This document shows positions 32,264 through 46,249 of a DNA stretch of 64,000 nt, piece by piece (the first letter of the stretch is position 1; every line of letters begins with the position of its first letter). A program made the position numbers and the translations under genes. Below the pieces are notes generated by a model. It was not told where the DNA came from. It saw nothing but the letters and a program-made list of their open reading frames with translations, and did no database searches. Origin of the DNA: Octopus vulgaris. Lineage: Eukaryota. The DNA lies in contig OX597828.1 of NCBI GenBank assembly GCA_951406725.2, forward strand, positions 6,324,001-6,388,000, written 5' to 3'.

Positions 32264-32265
<2 letters not shown>
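30920..32265 (+). mobile_element. R4/Dong-like LINE 3' part with inverted 5' segment and nested SINE
   Basis: 30920-31290 minus: KKRNGGRGLI..RMHGQFER..SWAWLG*GDLKRTTESLI. From 31291 plus: VENVTHLVS..LAQKEYKCRHDK..LHWLLCHKY..WYE and VIPVVIGALGSI, then a non-coding tail ending in (AAT)n at 32265. Confidence 0.75.
31703..32117 (-). mobile_element. Full-length SINE family A
   Basis: Minus head GGCGCAGGAGCGGCTGTGTGGTAAG...GGTTCAGTCCC (A/B-box-like), internal (TA)/(TG) tract and (AAAGAGTA)n tail; splits the LINE tail. Confidence 0.9.
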
Positions 32266-32333
<68 letters not shown>

Positions 32334-32919
32334 GTAATAATAATAATGAGCGCCATAAAGCTGCAAATTAAATAGATAACATAAGAATTGTGGCCAATAT
32401 AATACGAGGTCAATGGACAGCGGGGCCAATGTATTACGCGAAATTATACATTACCCGCCCGACGAAAAAAAAAAAGAAAGAATAAGAAAAACTACAACTG
32501 TTCTCTGATTACAAAATTGAACCAAATACTGTAATCCTCTTTATTAATCAGTGATTATTTCATTCCCAAGTTTATTTCCATTTGAAAATACTGTGCAAGA
32601 AACTGAGTATCTTTTTGATTTACGCTGAAAACATCGAAACGACAAAATATGTATCATATATGTAGCTTCTTTCATATAGATCCTGTTTAGAGTTAAATAC
32701 ATTTATACTTCATTGCTGCTAGACATTTCTTATTAGTACTTGATCATTCGGACAACCTACTTCAAGAATCAGTGAGCTTCACAAACCCTTCTAGCATAGA
32801 GTTGTATAGATTATAATTCAGATATCTTGTCGAAGTACAATAATGATAATGGTGGTCATATGGTCGACGACGAAGATAATGATGACGACGGCGATGATGA
32901 TGTTGATGATGATATTAAC

Positions 32920-32984
<65 letters not shown>

Positions 32985-33177
32985 CAAAAAGAACAACAAA
33001 CGCCAGAGAAATGAAATATTGAATTTTGATAAAAGTGGACGTTTTAATCTGTTATTGAAAGAGATGGTGATGCTGACGAGAAATTTTCCTTTCATGCAAA
33101 GGGAAATGCTTCGATATATTGATTGCTGGTGTTTTTTAACTTCGATGAATAGGAACAATATCATATTGATTTGTATA

Positions 33178-33238
<61 letters not shown>

Positions 33239-33324
33239 ATATATATGTGTGTGTGAGAGAGTAAATATAAGCATCCACATATATACATATGTATGTATAT
33301 ATGTATATGAATATATATATGTAA

Positions 33325-33405
<81 letters not shown>

Positions 33406-33472
33406 CATCATACATATATGTATATATATATAATTATATATATACATGTATGTATATATTTATATATATAAG

Positions 33473-33503
<31 letters not shown>

Positions 33504-33789
33504 ATGTATGTGCGTGCATGTGTACATGAATGTGTGAATAGATATATGTATATATGCATTCGTATATATAAATACATACACACATTCTCATACACACATA
33601 TATATGTATATGTATGTATTTAAACATAGAAAATATATGTACGAAACGTATATTGTGGAATCGCTAAATTCACAGTAGCATGTTCAAGAACTCATGGCCA
33701 ACAACTACAAGTAGGGGACAGACTTATAAATACATACATACATGCATACATACATATATACATTCACATATACATATGTCATATTTCTG

Positions 33790-34340
33790 TGGATGATGTT
33801 ACTCGTGATTAGCAGTTGCCTCTAAATCACATCAAGGTACCTACACCCTAGACAACTTGACGTTGTCGCACAAAGGAACATACGATGCCATTCGGATAAG
33901 AAGACTGTCCTGGAATAAATATAGAGAATCTCCCTGGTAGTGAATACACACACAAACATCAACTCAAGGAATACTGGTGGAATGTTCCCATCAAAACATC
34001 TGTCAAGTGTAAACGTAAGAGGCTGGATACCGTTGTTTGGGACAGACGAGAAAAAGTCAGCTGTTCTCTTGACGTGAATATGACTTCGAGATGCAAAGAG
34101 AAACAAGGTAATTATGGCAAACTGCACTGTAACTACCAGCTTTTATACCCAGATTATAAATTCATATTTATGCTAATGATAATTGGTGCATTTCGTTTTG
34201 TAATAAATTACCTGTGTGACAATCTCGAAAGGCCTGAGATTTTAGAAAGGAAAAATATCAGGCAACTAACTTGCAAATTACGAATGCATGCTATAAGTAG
34301 AAAAGTAAGAATATGCAAAATATTTCATCAATTTCTGAAG
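33790..34340 (+). mobile_element. RLE-type non-LTR retrotransposon 3' remnant
   Basis: EYWWNVPIKTSVKCKRKRLDTVVWDRREK and YQLLYPDYKFIFMLMIIGA motifs. Confidence 0.55.
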
Positions 34341-34499
34341 TGCGACAATTTTTTTTCAATATTCCAACGATGCGGCTTGGTATCTTTCCTAGAAAACAGC
34401 TTCTTCCTCAAAGAAAGAATTTAAATAACTAAAATTAGAAAAAAACGTACATACATACATGCATACATACACATATATACAGCAAATCGAGAGCTACAG

Positions 34500-35120
34500 G
34501 CCGCTCTAATAGCATACATATAAACATGGAAGTATTTCCATACATTTCCACCCACAACCCTAAAAACATCGAAGCATACACCACAATCATACAAAACCTC
34601 CCCTTACAGTCCACAGACCTAAAAATGAATAATATTATAAATACACATAAAATCCTTAAATGCAAAAGGCAACATAAATCATTGAAAAAACTCTTAACAA
34701 ATGCCAAACTTCACACACCACATCCACCCCATCATTTAAAAAATGTGAACGCCCTAACTGTAGTACATGCCCCTACCTACTTGAAGGCTCTGAATTTACT
34801 TTCAAACAAGGAACAAAGTTTAAAATCAAGACCAACTTTTTTGTTCCTCCGAGAACCTCATTTACGTTCTTACATGCGCCGGTTGCCAACACAATTATAT
34901 CCTTTACGCAGAAGAGTAGCAGTCCAGAAAGAACAACCAAATCTCCCACAATACCGTCAAATTCCACTCAGTAGCCACATAGACTCTTGCGCTAGAAATA
35001 AAAATCCCAAATTTCATATATTCCCTTTCTACAGAATCTCTACATAAAAAAGAATCAACAAGGAGAATCTTTTTACTGAAAAAATCCAAACGCTTCTTAA
35101 TATGCAAACTCCACGGTTAC
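34500..35120 (+). mobile_element. Penelope-like element C-terminus (Cys-rich linker and GIY-YIG endonuclease), frameshifted
   Basis: PYISTHNPKN..KCKRQHKSLKKLLTNAK, KCERPNCSTCPYL, CSSENLIYVLTCAGCQHNYI and LRRRVAV..LSSHIDSCA..FHIFPFY. Confidence 0.85.
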
Positions 35121-36103
35121 CGTATTCCTTTTTCTAGCATCCTGTCTGAGAAACAAATAGATATGAGCATCCTGTTTGACAAAAAATCCAGCATTCCAAT
35201 TAAAGAGTATAAAATCCACACAAATGTCTCCCCTTACTCACAGGAACTGGATAACTCCTACCCCATTTCCTGTTTTCTCACATACACATCCAACTTTTTC
35301 AAACAAAACACTACACCAAAACACATGCATCCTAATCCTCCAAAGAAGTTTTTCCATGGACTAATATTGAACTCTAAAAGCATAAAGACAGTACAATGTA
35401 TTGGTATACTTATTTATTAATTTTTGTATATTTTTATTATTTTTTTGAAAAATATTTTAAATTTCTTTTTTCCCCTTCCTCAATTTAAAAAGAAAATCCC
35501 TTCCAAATCTTGAAAATTTGACTTGCATTGAAAGCCGCAGTGATTTCTTTTTTTAATTTTCATACACCCATATTTATTAAAATTTACTTTCAGTTTAGCA
35601 TTCTGGCTTATTATTTTTTCCTCTCCTATCATTTCTCCACGTGTTGTTAACAGAACCCCACTATTTACTGACTTATATATATATATATATAAAAAGAAAT
35701 GGAGTTAAACGCAGTTGTTATTCAAATCTTTATTAGTTCCGTAATGTTTCGAAGAAAATATTGGTATTATTCCTGAGTGAATAAAATTATGTAAAGCAAT
35801 GCAGTCATCTCGTCATGGAAGAAAAAGAAACAAAACTCATCAATAAACCATTGTAACCGAATGTGATTACCCCTCATTGGGTTAAAGAATATGTCGGAAG
35901 TATAAAGATTTGTATAACACCTGCGTTTAAATCCATTTCTTAATTTATCTATGTTATTTCGAAAAGATTTCACTAAACCCTGGAATTTCTACCTTTATAA
36001 GTAGGTTGTAACATCCTTGGCACTTATGCGAATTTTTGCTACCCTGGTAACTATTTATTCATATTTTCCGTTTTATTTCTACTCACCGAAAAATGCACAT
36101 ATT

Positions 36104-36154
<51 letters not shown>

Positions 36155-36161
36155 CACACAC

Positions 36162-36194
<33 letters not shown>

Positions 36195-36360
36195 TATTAC
36201 TAAAAAGTAAGAGATTACCCCAAAACGATTACCAGTTTGCTCTCAGTTAGGTAATCAAAATATGTCATTCAACAGTTGACAGGTAAATAATATGAAATTA
36301 GAGGAATATCTCTTTGGAGAATTCTGAATATATTTCCTTAACCATATAGGTTTCCTGGAG

Positions 36361-36985
36361 TATAAATACTGTCAATATTAAAAATAAGGGTTACTACGAA
36401 GTATCAATAGCATTAACTTTAATTCTATAATTACATACTGCCTTTTAAGACCAACACGTGTATCAGTTGCACCGATTTGTAATCGTCGCAATTGCAACCC
36501 AATTATAAAACGGTGCAATCTCTTCAGGGTCTTAACTTAATATCCTTCTGTATGGTCGTTTAAGGACCATACCTTGTATAAACCCTGCGTTGTATAATGG
36601 AGAGGTGTCCATTAAGTCAGATGCGAGCAATCTCTACTTCAAGTTCTTATTGGATAATAATTTTCAGTCCATCATTTTAAAAACCTTATAACGTTTAAAT
36701 GATTATCAAATAAGAGCCTGAAACAGGGAATGTTCGCATCTGACTTTACGGACAGCTCTAAATTATACAATGTAGAGTTTATAAAAGAAAATCATTAAAC
36801 GGCCATAGAGACGAATATCAAGTTCAGACCCTGAAGAGACTGCATCGTTTTATAGTTGGGTTGCACCGATTAGTAATCGTTGCAATTGCAACATGTGTTG
36901 GTCTTAAAAACAGGATATAATTATAGAAGTAAAGTTAATACTATTACTTCCTCGGAGACATCCTTATTTTTAATATTGTCAATAT
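36361..36985. mobile_element. Second fold-back element with an outward-reading decayed hammerhead motif in each arm
   Basis: Arms ~36361-36660 and ~36700-36985. Minus 36448-36532: AGACC-CTGAAGA-GATTGCACCG...CGGTGCAACT-GATAC-ACGT-GTT-GGTCT. Plus 36826-36904: AGACC-CTGAAGA-GACTGCATCG...CGTTGCAATT-GCAAC-ATGT-GTT-GGTCT. Confidence 0.8.
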
Positions 36986-37036
36986 ATATATGTATATATA
37001 TATACAAACATGTATACATGCAGATACAAGTAACAC

Positions 37037-37082
<46 letters not shown>

Positions 37083-37818
37083 ACAATTATATATATATAT
37101 ATGTTTATGTATATGTATACATATATATATATATATATACATATATGTACATGTATGTATGTATGTATGTATGTATGTATGTATGTATGCATGTATGTAT
37201 ATATATGTATGTATACATTACATACGCGTACATGTATTTACAAATAGGAATAAATAGGTAGTATAATAGAATGATTCACAACAGATACATATATACATAT
37301 GTGCATACATATATGCATGCATCCATACATTCATATTGACATACATAAATACATATATACATACATGCATATATACTAGCATACATGCTAGGACTTAACG
37401 ATATATAAAAAAAAGGTGAGACAGAAAAGATTTTACTATCAGACAATGTTTTGTTCTGTGTTTGAATAATATGGACGTGAACTACAAAGTTGCCATATTG
37501 ATTTCAACGTTCGCATGTGTAGTCGTAAAAATAGCAGTCACGTGATAAAGTGCGATTAGTCAGCAATTTATTTTATTTCGTAATTACTGTTGATTGTTTG
37601 TGGAGCCTGTGTCTCATAATCATATTTACAACAACACGTAAGACAAGAAATCATTTTATTTACCAGGCAACAACGAAATATCCATTGATTTTCTCGGAAA
37701 ACAAAATATCAAAACAGATAAAGGAATCAGAATTTTGCATAAACGGAAAATATTGATGGCAGAAATAATACAGTGCTAATATGCACGTAAACACCTAATT
37801 TGTGCATATATATATATA

Positions 37819-37855
<37 letters not shown>

Positions 37856-37892
37856 TATACATATATATATATGTATCTATGTATATATATAT

Positions 37893-37942
<50 letters not shown>

Positions 37943-37945
37943 CAG

Positions 37946-38011
<66 letters not shown>

Positions 38012-38544
38012 ACATACATAATTATATACATAGGTGCTCGTGGTTGTGCACGCATGTCATACACACGCATAATAGACAAAACTAAAAGCATTACATAGAT
38101 CTTTTCCTCCTCCTAAATAGACTATTTTTCATTGTATTTACTGAGTGTTCTATAACAAATATTTGTAAATAACGATAGGAAGTCAGACGTAAATTCAATA
38201 TTCGTTAGTGACCTTTTAATCGTAACATGACATAGAAAGTAGACACTGATATACCTTTCTGATGATATCATGTATGAAACCACCATTAAAGATTTATATA
38301 GTGCAGCTGTCAGTGCATTGGTATGTGCCATATAAGGAAATGTAAATGTAAACTCTGTTTAGGTTTGGGTCTAATCGCGAAGATGTCCTGATTTGCAGGT
38401 ACGAAAGTAGAAAATTACTCCGAAAGCCGCAAGAAGCGCGGTCCTAGGAATTTCGGATAAGTGAATCTCATCTTTACAACAAGAAGGAAAATATGGATAA
38501 ATATACTTATCATTACAGTTTGCAGAACATCATGTTTCTACAAA

Positions 38545-38810
38545 GCAGGCGTGAGAAGCTTGCCTCCTAACCCAATGGTTCTGGGCTCGGTTCCACTGCA
38601 TGGCATCTTGGACGGGTGTCTTCTACTGGAGCTGCAGGCCGACCAGAGATTTGTGAGTGGATTTGGTAGACGAAAACTGAAAGAAGCCTGCCGTATATAT
38701 ATATATTTATGTGTATGTCTATGTGTGGTTATCTTGGAGCTCTGTTTGTCCCGTTGGACAACCGGTGATGGTGTGTTTACATTCCCGTAACTTAGCGGTT
38801 CGGCAAAAGA
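38545..38810 (+). mobile_element. SINE family A, decayed
   Basis: GTGAGTGGATTTGGTAGACGAAAACTGAAAGAAGCC and CGTAACTTAGCGGTTCGGCAAAAGAG. Confidence 0.82.
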
Positions 38811-39547
38811 GCTTTATACAAGTCAAACGAAACAAGTAAAAGATCAGAAGACTGCCCACCACCCGGGTTACGACGAATCACAAATTATTTCGCCATCGGC
38901 CTACTGGCACGCGACTGTATGTTGTACTGAAGGGGCGAAAATATATGCGGCTTGTTCTACTTTGGCGGGGGTACAGAATTAAAAATTGGTTCCTTAAAAG
39001 GGCAATATTTTTGTTCCATATCTCATACAATTCATAAGATGTAGAAATATTCAATAGTTTTGTAGTCCACATATAGTATATTTTCCCATATCTTATGACA
39101 TGTATTATATAACATTATGTAAATTGCATAAGTTTGTATGAGGTATGGAATAAAGATAAATGATATGGGATAAAAACATTGTCCGTTAATGGAAACAACT
39201 GTAATGTCAATTTGACTTCTTTCTTCACGTAGATTATTACTTAAATAATTCACTTTGCAGGGATTATTTTAAGCCTGCTTTATCTTACTTTACAGTTATG
39301 TAGTGCTCTCATTTATATCAATCGAAGCCTTACCGATCTCTGTTACACATACACTTACACACACACACACACATATATATATATACATATGTATGTATAT
39401 GTGTGTGCGTGTGTACATATGCATATATATATTTATATGTATTTATGTATTTATATGTATATATATATCGTTCTTGGAACAAGCTGCACACAATACTATA
39501 CAATAAAACTCAGCTTCGCCATGGCTAGTGTAATGAGCAGTGTTTCT

Positions 39548-39651
<104 letters not shown>

Positions 39652-39878
39652 AGAAGAAATGAGGTAATCAGAAGATCGGATGGTTCATGTTTATAGATAT
39701 TTATTTATATATTACATTTTTTACATATATATATCATATCATTCAGATCATATCATTCAGATTATTAGCGCTTTCTCCCATTCCACTGGGGTTTTCAAAT
39801 CAAATATATATACATATATATGTATATATGTATGCATGTATGTATGTATATATGTTTGTATATATGTATGTATGTATG

Positions 39879-39927
<49 letters not shown>

Positions 39928-39939
39928 TTTTTTTTTTTT

Positions 39940-40473
39940 TGGCATCCTTTCTGTCTCGGGAGACAATGGAGTTGCGCATGTTTTTTTTTTTTTTGTATTC
40001 TAGTCCGGCTTTTATATTTTATTTCCTGTTACATTTCTTGCTGTGGCTGTGTAGTCCTATCCTGGACAAACACTCCCTCTGGCAGGTACTGCAAATGTAG
40101 CGAAGACTGTTCCTGGCTGGTTGTAGTGCCATGGTCTCTTGTTTATGTCTCTTCCTTTCTTTCCATTTCTCCTCTCTCTCTCTCTGTCACTCCTCTGTAT
40201 ACCCTCTTTTACTGTACGTCGCCATTCTCCACGGTTGCCGGCGACTGCCTCCCAACCGCTAATGTTGATGTTGCAGGCCTTCATATCCCTTTTGCAAACA
40301 TCCTTGTAACGTAAGATCGGTCTACCCACAGACCTAGTACCCCTAGCAAGCTCTTCGTAGAGTATGTCCTTGGGGATTCTGCCATCTTTCATACGGCTAA
40401 CATGCCCAAGCCATCTCATACGTCTTTGTGTGAGGAGTGCAAACATGCTTGGTAATCCTGCTTGCCTGAGGAC
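39940..40473 (-). mobile_element. RTE-clade LINE 3' fragment
   Basis: VLRQAGLPSMFALLTQRRMRWLGHVSRMKDGRIPKDILYEELARGTRSVGRPILRYKDVCKRDMK (RTE post-RT motifs). Confidence 0.9.
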
Positions 40474-40514
40474 GTCCTCAGGCAAGCAGGATTACCAAGC
40501 ATGTTTGCACTCCT

Positions 40515-40520
<6 letters not shown>
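40427..40520. repeat. Perfect spacerless 94-bp palindrome at the LINE 5' truncation
   Basis: 47-bp arms centred on GAC|GTC (40473/40474); no mismatch by eye. Confidence 0.92.
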
Positions 40521-40566
<46 letters not shown>

Positions 40567-40866
40567 GTTTGTATATATTTCTATGTTTTTTTGTTTACTT
40601 TCTCTTAGCCTTAAAAAGTTTTGATGTTTAGCATATGAGAATGAAAAAGATCGTCAGCATACTTATGTTATATATATGAGTATATACATTATCGACTGAA
40701 TTTGCATTGTGTTATACATTCCCCTGAAATCTCGTAAGATATACCGGTGCTTGCGATTCGCGATGGTCTTGTAAGGAGCCTATTATAATGATCAGTTTAT
40801 CTATTCTCCAATTTCGTTATCTCCACACACTTCACTTACCTAAGTATAGTTTTTGCTGCTTCGTTC

Positions 40867-40987
40867 CTGTCTGATGAGCTCATATTTTGAATAATGTAGG
40901 AAATGGAATATCATGAACCTTATACGATAGGCAATGACATTACTGTCGCAACAGGAGAGGAACTGCGTCAAGCGAAACCGGAAACTG
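40867..40987 (+). ncRNA. Decayed hammerhead-like motif with long stem II insert
   Basis: GT-CTGATGA-GCT...(~90 nt)...AGC-GAAAC-CG-GAA-AC. Core and palindromic CCGG are present, but U16.1 is replaced by A and stem I is short. Confidence 0.4.
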
Positions 40988-41882
40988 TGTGACAATCGCG
41001 CCATTGTCATTGTACTTCGTAAAATCGATTTATTGAATTGCTACAAAGAGTCACAATTGTATATATTGAATTATTGGAGTTTAGTTGAGATTTTCTAACC
41101 CTGCTTCAAGCATTTTGATCCACTCTTAAAATATTGGACATTGAATGAACCTTAACACGAAATCTTATATCCTTTGTACAATACAGTAAAATGCTTACTA
41201 GTTAATCGGTGCATCCTATATCGCATACAACGAATACTAGTAAAAGATAAATTCTATTTCTTCATCAATATTTAGTCTTGAAAATACTTATTCATTATCG
41301 AGAACATCAGGGATATAATACACTTATTTTCAACAATATGGACATCAGTGACAGAAAAATCACTGAATTTCCCTATATTGGGGTGTGAAATAATCAGATC
41401 CGCGATCACCGGACACCTGCCACTGAAGAATTCCAAACGACTTAAATTACATAATCTGGCAGTTCTGGCAACCATGATAGATGATTCCCGTCGGCTATGA
41501 TCTAATCTATGTGTGTGCCTTTATGTATCATCCGTCTCTATAACAGGACCTCTGAATTCAAATAGCGCAGGATTCAGCATTCTAACAAGACATACTAGGT
41601 ATACGCCTTTTGGCATCAATACTGTTTTTTTCCAATAATTATTTTTATTAAGCCTGACGGCTTAATAAAATTGTATGTGTGTGTGTGTGTGTGTGTGTGT
41701 GGTATGTGGTTGCTGGATGCCTTCAACTAGAATCAGTCGCCTGGGATCGCGACACGGGGTTTGGCAGTTTTGCTGCCCACAAAAGGTTCTCGCCTCATAT
41801 GATATAGGTCTATACTTTTATGCACCATGCGTCTACATGACAGAACATAACAAAACTGCAGTATTCGGCGATTTAAAAAAGG

Positions 41883-42000
<118 letters not shown>

Positions 42001-42189
42001 TTTGCTGTTGTTTTTGTTGTTCCTTCGTAACACAGTGTAGGTAAAAATGCACCGAAGTATTTAGTCATCTGTTGCGTTAAAATACACAATAGAGGGTTAT
42101 TTCCCACGAGAGAAACTCTAATATGTTTTTTCTGGTTCGTAAAGCACTTCATTGTTTACGTCGCTAGTGGCAGACGATCAACACCACAT

Positions 42190-43150
42190 CTGCTGCCAGG
42201 ACTACCAGATGATGCAATCTCAATATTGACCTTATCAAAGGCCTTTGCAAAGTCAACATATCACACACACGTTTCAGCGATTCATTAGTTGTTTAAGTAC
42301 CGATTAATGCTGCAAAACTGTGTAATGCAGCTTCTTCTTGAACAGAACCATGCTGGGCAAGTTATTATCTTCAAGGAACTCGAACAGTTTCCTCCTGGTA
42401 AAGAGTTCTATAACTTTGCTGATATGGGAGGGGAGAGAGACAGGTCTATAATTGTTAGCATTCGCTCTGCTACCTCTCTTATGAATATGACATATTATGA
42501 CTTCTTTCAACTTTCTGGGAACTCACCCTATTGTGAAGAAGCTCAGGAAGAGGATCTGCAGTGGACTTGCTTGTGACGCTTTGTATTCCTTAGGGATGAT
42601 TGCTGGATATCCATCAGGGCCTGTGTCTGAGTTTGAGCTCATTTCATCAATGGCTGATCTTACATCTGTTTCCTCTTTCTCTATGTTATCAATAATTGCC
42701 ATTTGTTTGTGTAGAGATGTAGTGCCGAACGATTCACCAGGCATAGCTATTTGCAAGTTGTGAAAGCATTCTTGTATTGTACATTCAGTATTTCCCTGAT
42801 CTTCTGGAGTCTGCGGTCGCTGAGCCATTTTCTTCGAATAGTGTCTTTATCATGTACCGTACTGGAGCAGACTCTTGCAAATCTATTGAACGTTTTACAG
42901 TTTTTCTTTATATTTTTTACAGCCCTCTCTTCTTTCTCTGCCCTTTGCTTTTCATGGGAGTGTTTGTGCTTATATTCGATCTCGACCAAGGTTTATTTCA
43001 GACAGGATCTCTTCAAGGCCCGGTTTGAAATTTTTGCTCGTCGTCTCATTAGAATCCTCATATCACTGGGAATTGTATTTTTATGTTGATTCGGCATTGT
43101 CTCTAGAGCAAATTTATTGCATATATAATGCATGATAGTCATTCAGTGAT
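42190..43150 (-). mobile_element. CR1/L2-like LINE fragment (pre-RT and RT N-terminus)
   Basis: VKNIKKNCKTFNRF, SAIDEMSSNSDTGPDGYPAI and ICHIHKRGSRANANNYRPVSLPSHISKVIE..FLEDNNL. Confidence 0.85.
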
Positions 43151-43269
43151 GTAGCTTTATGCCAAAATCTTCCTGCATATGCCACATGTTCCCGAGACTA
43201 AATATATGTAAAGAAAAATCCAATACAAATTCTATAAGGCTACGAAATTCTCATATATTCAGACATACA

Positions 43270-43322
<53 letters not shown>

Positions 43323-43759
43323 GCACACATCGTAGCTACATACATCTATAGGTACATACGAACTTACATATGTATATACATGCATACATACGAACCTATT
43401 TGTTTGCTTAGGAAATCTGAATTTGTTTTCAAGACGATAAAAACAGCGATCTGCCACATAGCTTCTATGTGGAGAACCAGAAAGTATATGACAAGAATTT
43501 AAACTGAAAGCATAAGGTCTTTGATCTTGTTACGACATTTTCAAAGTATGTAGAGGAGAATGTGTCCGTGTTATGTATTCCTCCTTGTTTGTACACTTGG
43601 TAAAATGGGTAAACTAGAAATAAATGACATATACTATGATAGGACTTTTAATAAATAAGTGCACCCTGGGAATATAACACTAAAACGTAGTGGTTTCGTA
43701 ATACGGTTTCTGTGACAATGCACATGCCATTTGCCTATACTATTTTTGTTGTTGATTTT

Positions 43760-44052
43760 TGTTGTTTGTTCCTTCTCCAGCCATGCCTGGCTCATAAGGG
43801 CCGGTTTCCCAGTTTCTTGGCGTATAGGTTCCCCACCTGGACGTGACGCCGGTCCATCGCAGGTGAGCTGCAAGATGCAGGAGGAAAGAGTGAGAGAAAG
43901 TTGTGGCGAAAGAGTCAGCAGAAGTTTCGCCATTACCTTCTGCCGGAGCCGCGTGGAGCTTAGGTATTTCGCTCATAAACACACGCATCGCCCGATCTGA
44001 GATTCCCTCGACCGCGTGTCCGCTGCTCTAATCACTAGTCCATGTGCCTCTA
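43760..44052 (-). mobile_element. tRNA-derived SINE (same family as 18704-18972)
   Basis: Reverse complement aligns with 18704-18972 over most of its length. Confidence 0.85.
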
Positions 44053-46094
44053 CATATACCATTTGAGTCGCAGCGAAACACTAAATGGGGTCTGAACTTT
44101 AATGTTAAAATTTGATAAAAATAAAGACCAGCATCAGCAGTAGCCACTATATTTGAATTGTAACATGGATCAGCTTTGCTAACATTACAAATTTTGAAAA
44201 CCTGCGTATTTAGATAAGTGGGACTATTGCGCAGTAAGGGTGCTTGACATAAAGGACTGACAAACGCCCATCAAAAGCCTTCAAAATAACTGTAATCCAC
44301 AAAACTGAAATAGTTTTAGAAAAACGACAGGTACATTAATTCACAACTTGCATTTACAATCTAGGAAAGAGAAATATCAAATAATGCGCAAAATCTATAA
44401 AGATACAGCTAAGTTCTTCAAGTTGATAGCCGACACAGGCTGTGAAATGGTTAACGCGGCTGTTACCCACAACGTATGTAGGTGTCTGAAAATGTCATTC
44501 TGATACTAACTGCCTATTCGGTACGTTGAGCTATACCGAAATGTCTACAGTAAAACTCCATTAATCCTTTATCCCATAATCCGGCAAATTTTAGTTGCAA
44601 GAATTATGACATTGCGAATTGTGTGACAGTAAAGCATATATCTATAACATCGCATATATCTATAACATCGCATCAGCAGCTTGAAATAAAACGGCTCGAA
44701 TACATTATATTCACGATATTGTGCATATCACAGATTCATCAGCACTTTATAACATTTTGAAACAAGCAACAGTTAATAAAATTTATGGCAGATTCAGAGA
44801 AAATTAAAAGTTTATATCTGCAGCAAACATTGAAAATCAATGTCTTCATAGCTAAATGCAGTGATACGCTGTTTATAAGGTAATATGAAAGTATATTTAT
44901 TGAAAAGTCACAGATCGAATATAAAGCAGTTTCAGGATGTCTTGTATTTCGTGGAGAATTGTACGATTTACAAACTTCAAAATACGTGTCTTTCATAAAC
45001 GTAATGCATTCAGCGACAAGAAGTTTTACATATTGAGACTGCACAAGAATTTAGTTATATATGTGATGTCTTTTACAAAACTATGATTTGATTCTAAGAT
45101 AAAAGTATTGTATCTTGAAGATTGAGGATATTCCAGAAAATAATGATGTAAGGATTTATACTAATATCCAATCTTAATAAGGTATATCACGAAAGAATAC
45201 TGACGGCCATTGATGCTTAAACGTCAGTACAATGCAAGCAAAAAAAGGCCTGGTACAGACAAAGAAAGTGCACAGAGAGCAGAAATCAGTTGTCCACCAG
45301 AAGTTAATTCACAGGAGAAGGAGAAAGACAAACTTTAACTGGAACTAATGGGTTAGAAACCGGATCTTTTTTTATTGGTGTGGAATTTAAAAATGACAGT
45401 AGAAAATACAAGCATTCAATTATATACATACATAGATACATAGATACATAGATACATACATATATACATACATGGGCTCACGCACAGACATATGCACGTA
45501 CACACGCACACACAGGCTGACGGTGTTTTTCTTTTCCCGCTGATCAATCGCATATTTGAAAAACACTTAAGAGGAACAGAAAGGATTGTGTTGGATCAAG
45601 CTACTACAGAGAGAATCAAATGCAGTACTGCAATTGTTCAAGATGTTCCTGGCTCTTCTAGAACAATTACCATCCAATGCAACCGCATGATTTTGGCATA
45701 TTTTACTTTTTTCTTTATTTTTGTCATATTTTCCACTTTTTTATGTCTTTTTTTTCTACCATTAAAAAATAAAATGAAAGAATTTCACAATTAATAGTCA
45801 TATTATATGAAGTGCAGAAGGCGTCATCATAAGATAGAGAGACAGACATTTTGTGAAGATGGCAACCTTATGATAATTAAGAAGGCTGGGTTGTGGTGAG
45901 TAGAAAAATAGAACAAATTGATAATCGATAAATGCTTTGGCAAATGAGCGGTATTGCATTAGTGATTGAACAGCTGTCACAAGAATGCAATTCTAACTGC
46001 AGCAAAAATGGCGGGGGGGGGGTGAGAGAAAAACAAAATGGGAAAAAAATCCCTGTAAAGTAGATTAACAGTATAGAAAAAAATATAGACAAAA

Positions 46095-46215
46095 TGTTGC
46101 TGTTGCTCATGATGTTGGTGCAGATGATGAGGATGATAATGATGATGATGACGATGATGACAACGAGGATGATGATGACGATGATGGTGACGATGATGAT
46201 GATGGTGGTGAAGAC

Positions 46216-46249
<34 letters not shown>

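Noticed and set aside
38255-38291. CTTT-CTGATGA...GAAAC...AAAG hammerhead-like spacing
   Set aside because: Stem II lacks a G-C closing pair and stem III does not pair; could be chance in AT-rich DNA.
41272-41475. RLCNLSRL resembling the Helitron Pif1 motif RLCNGTRL
   Set aside because: Too short, with no neighbouring helicase motifs.
41643-41670. 12-bp perfect hairpin TTTTATTAAGCC-TGAC-GGCTTAATAAAA resembling a terminator
   Set aside because: Eukaryotic context, AT-rich and no associated feature.
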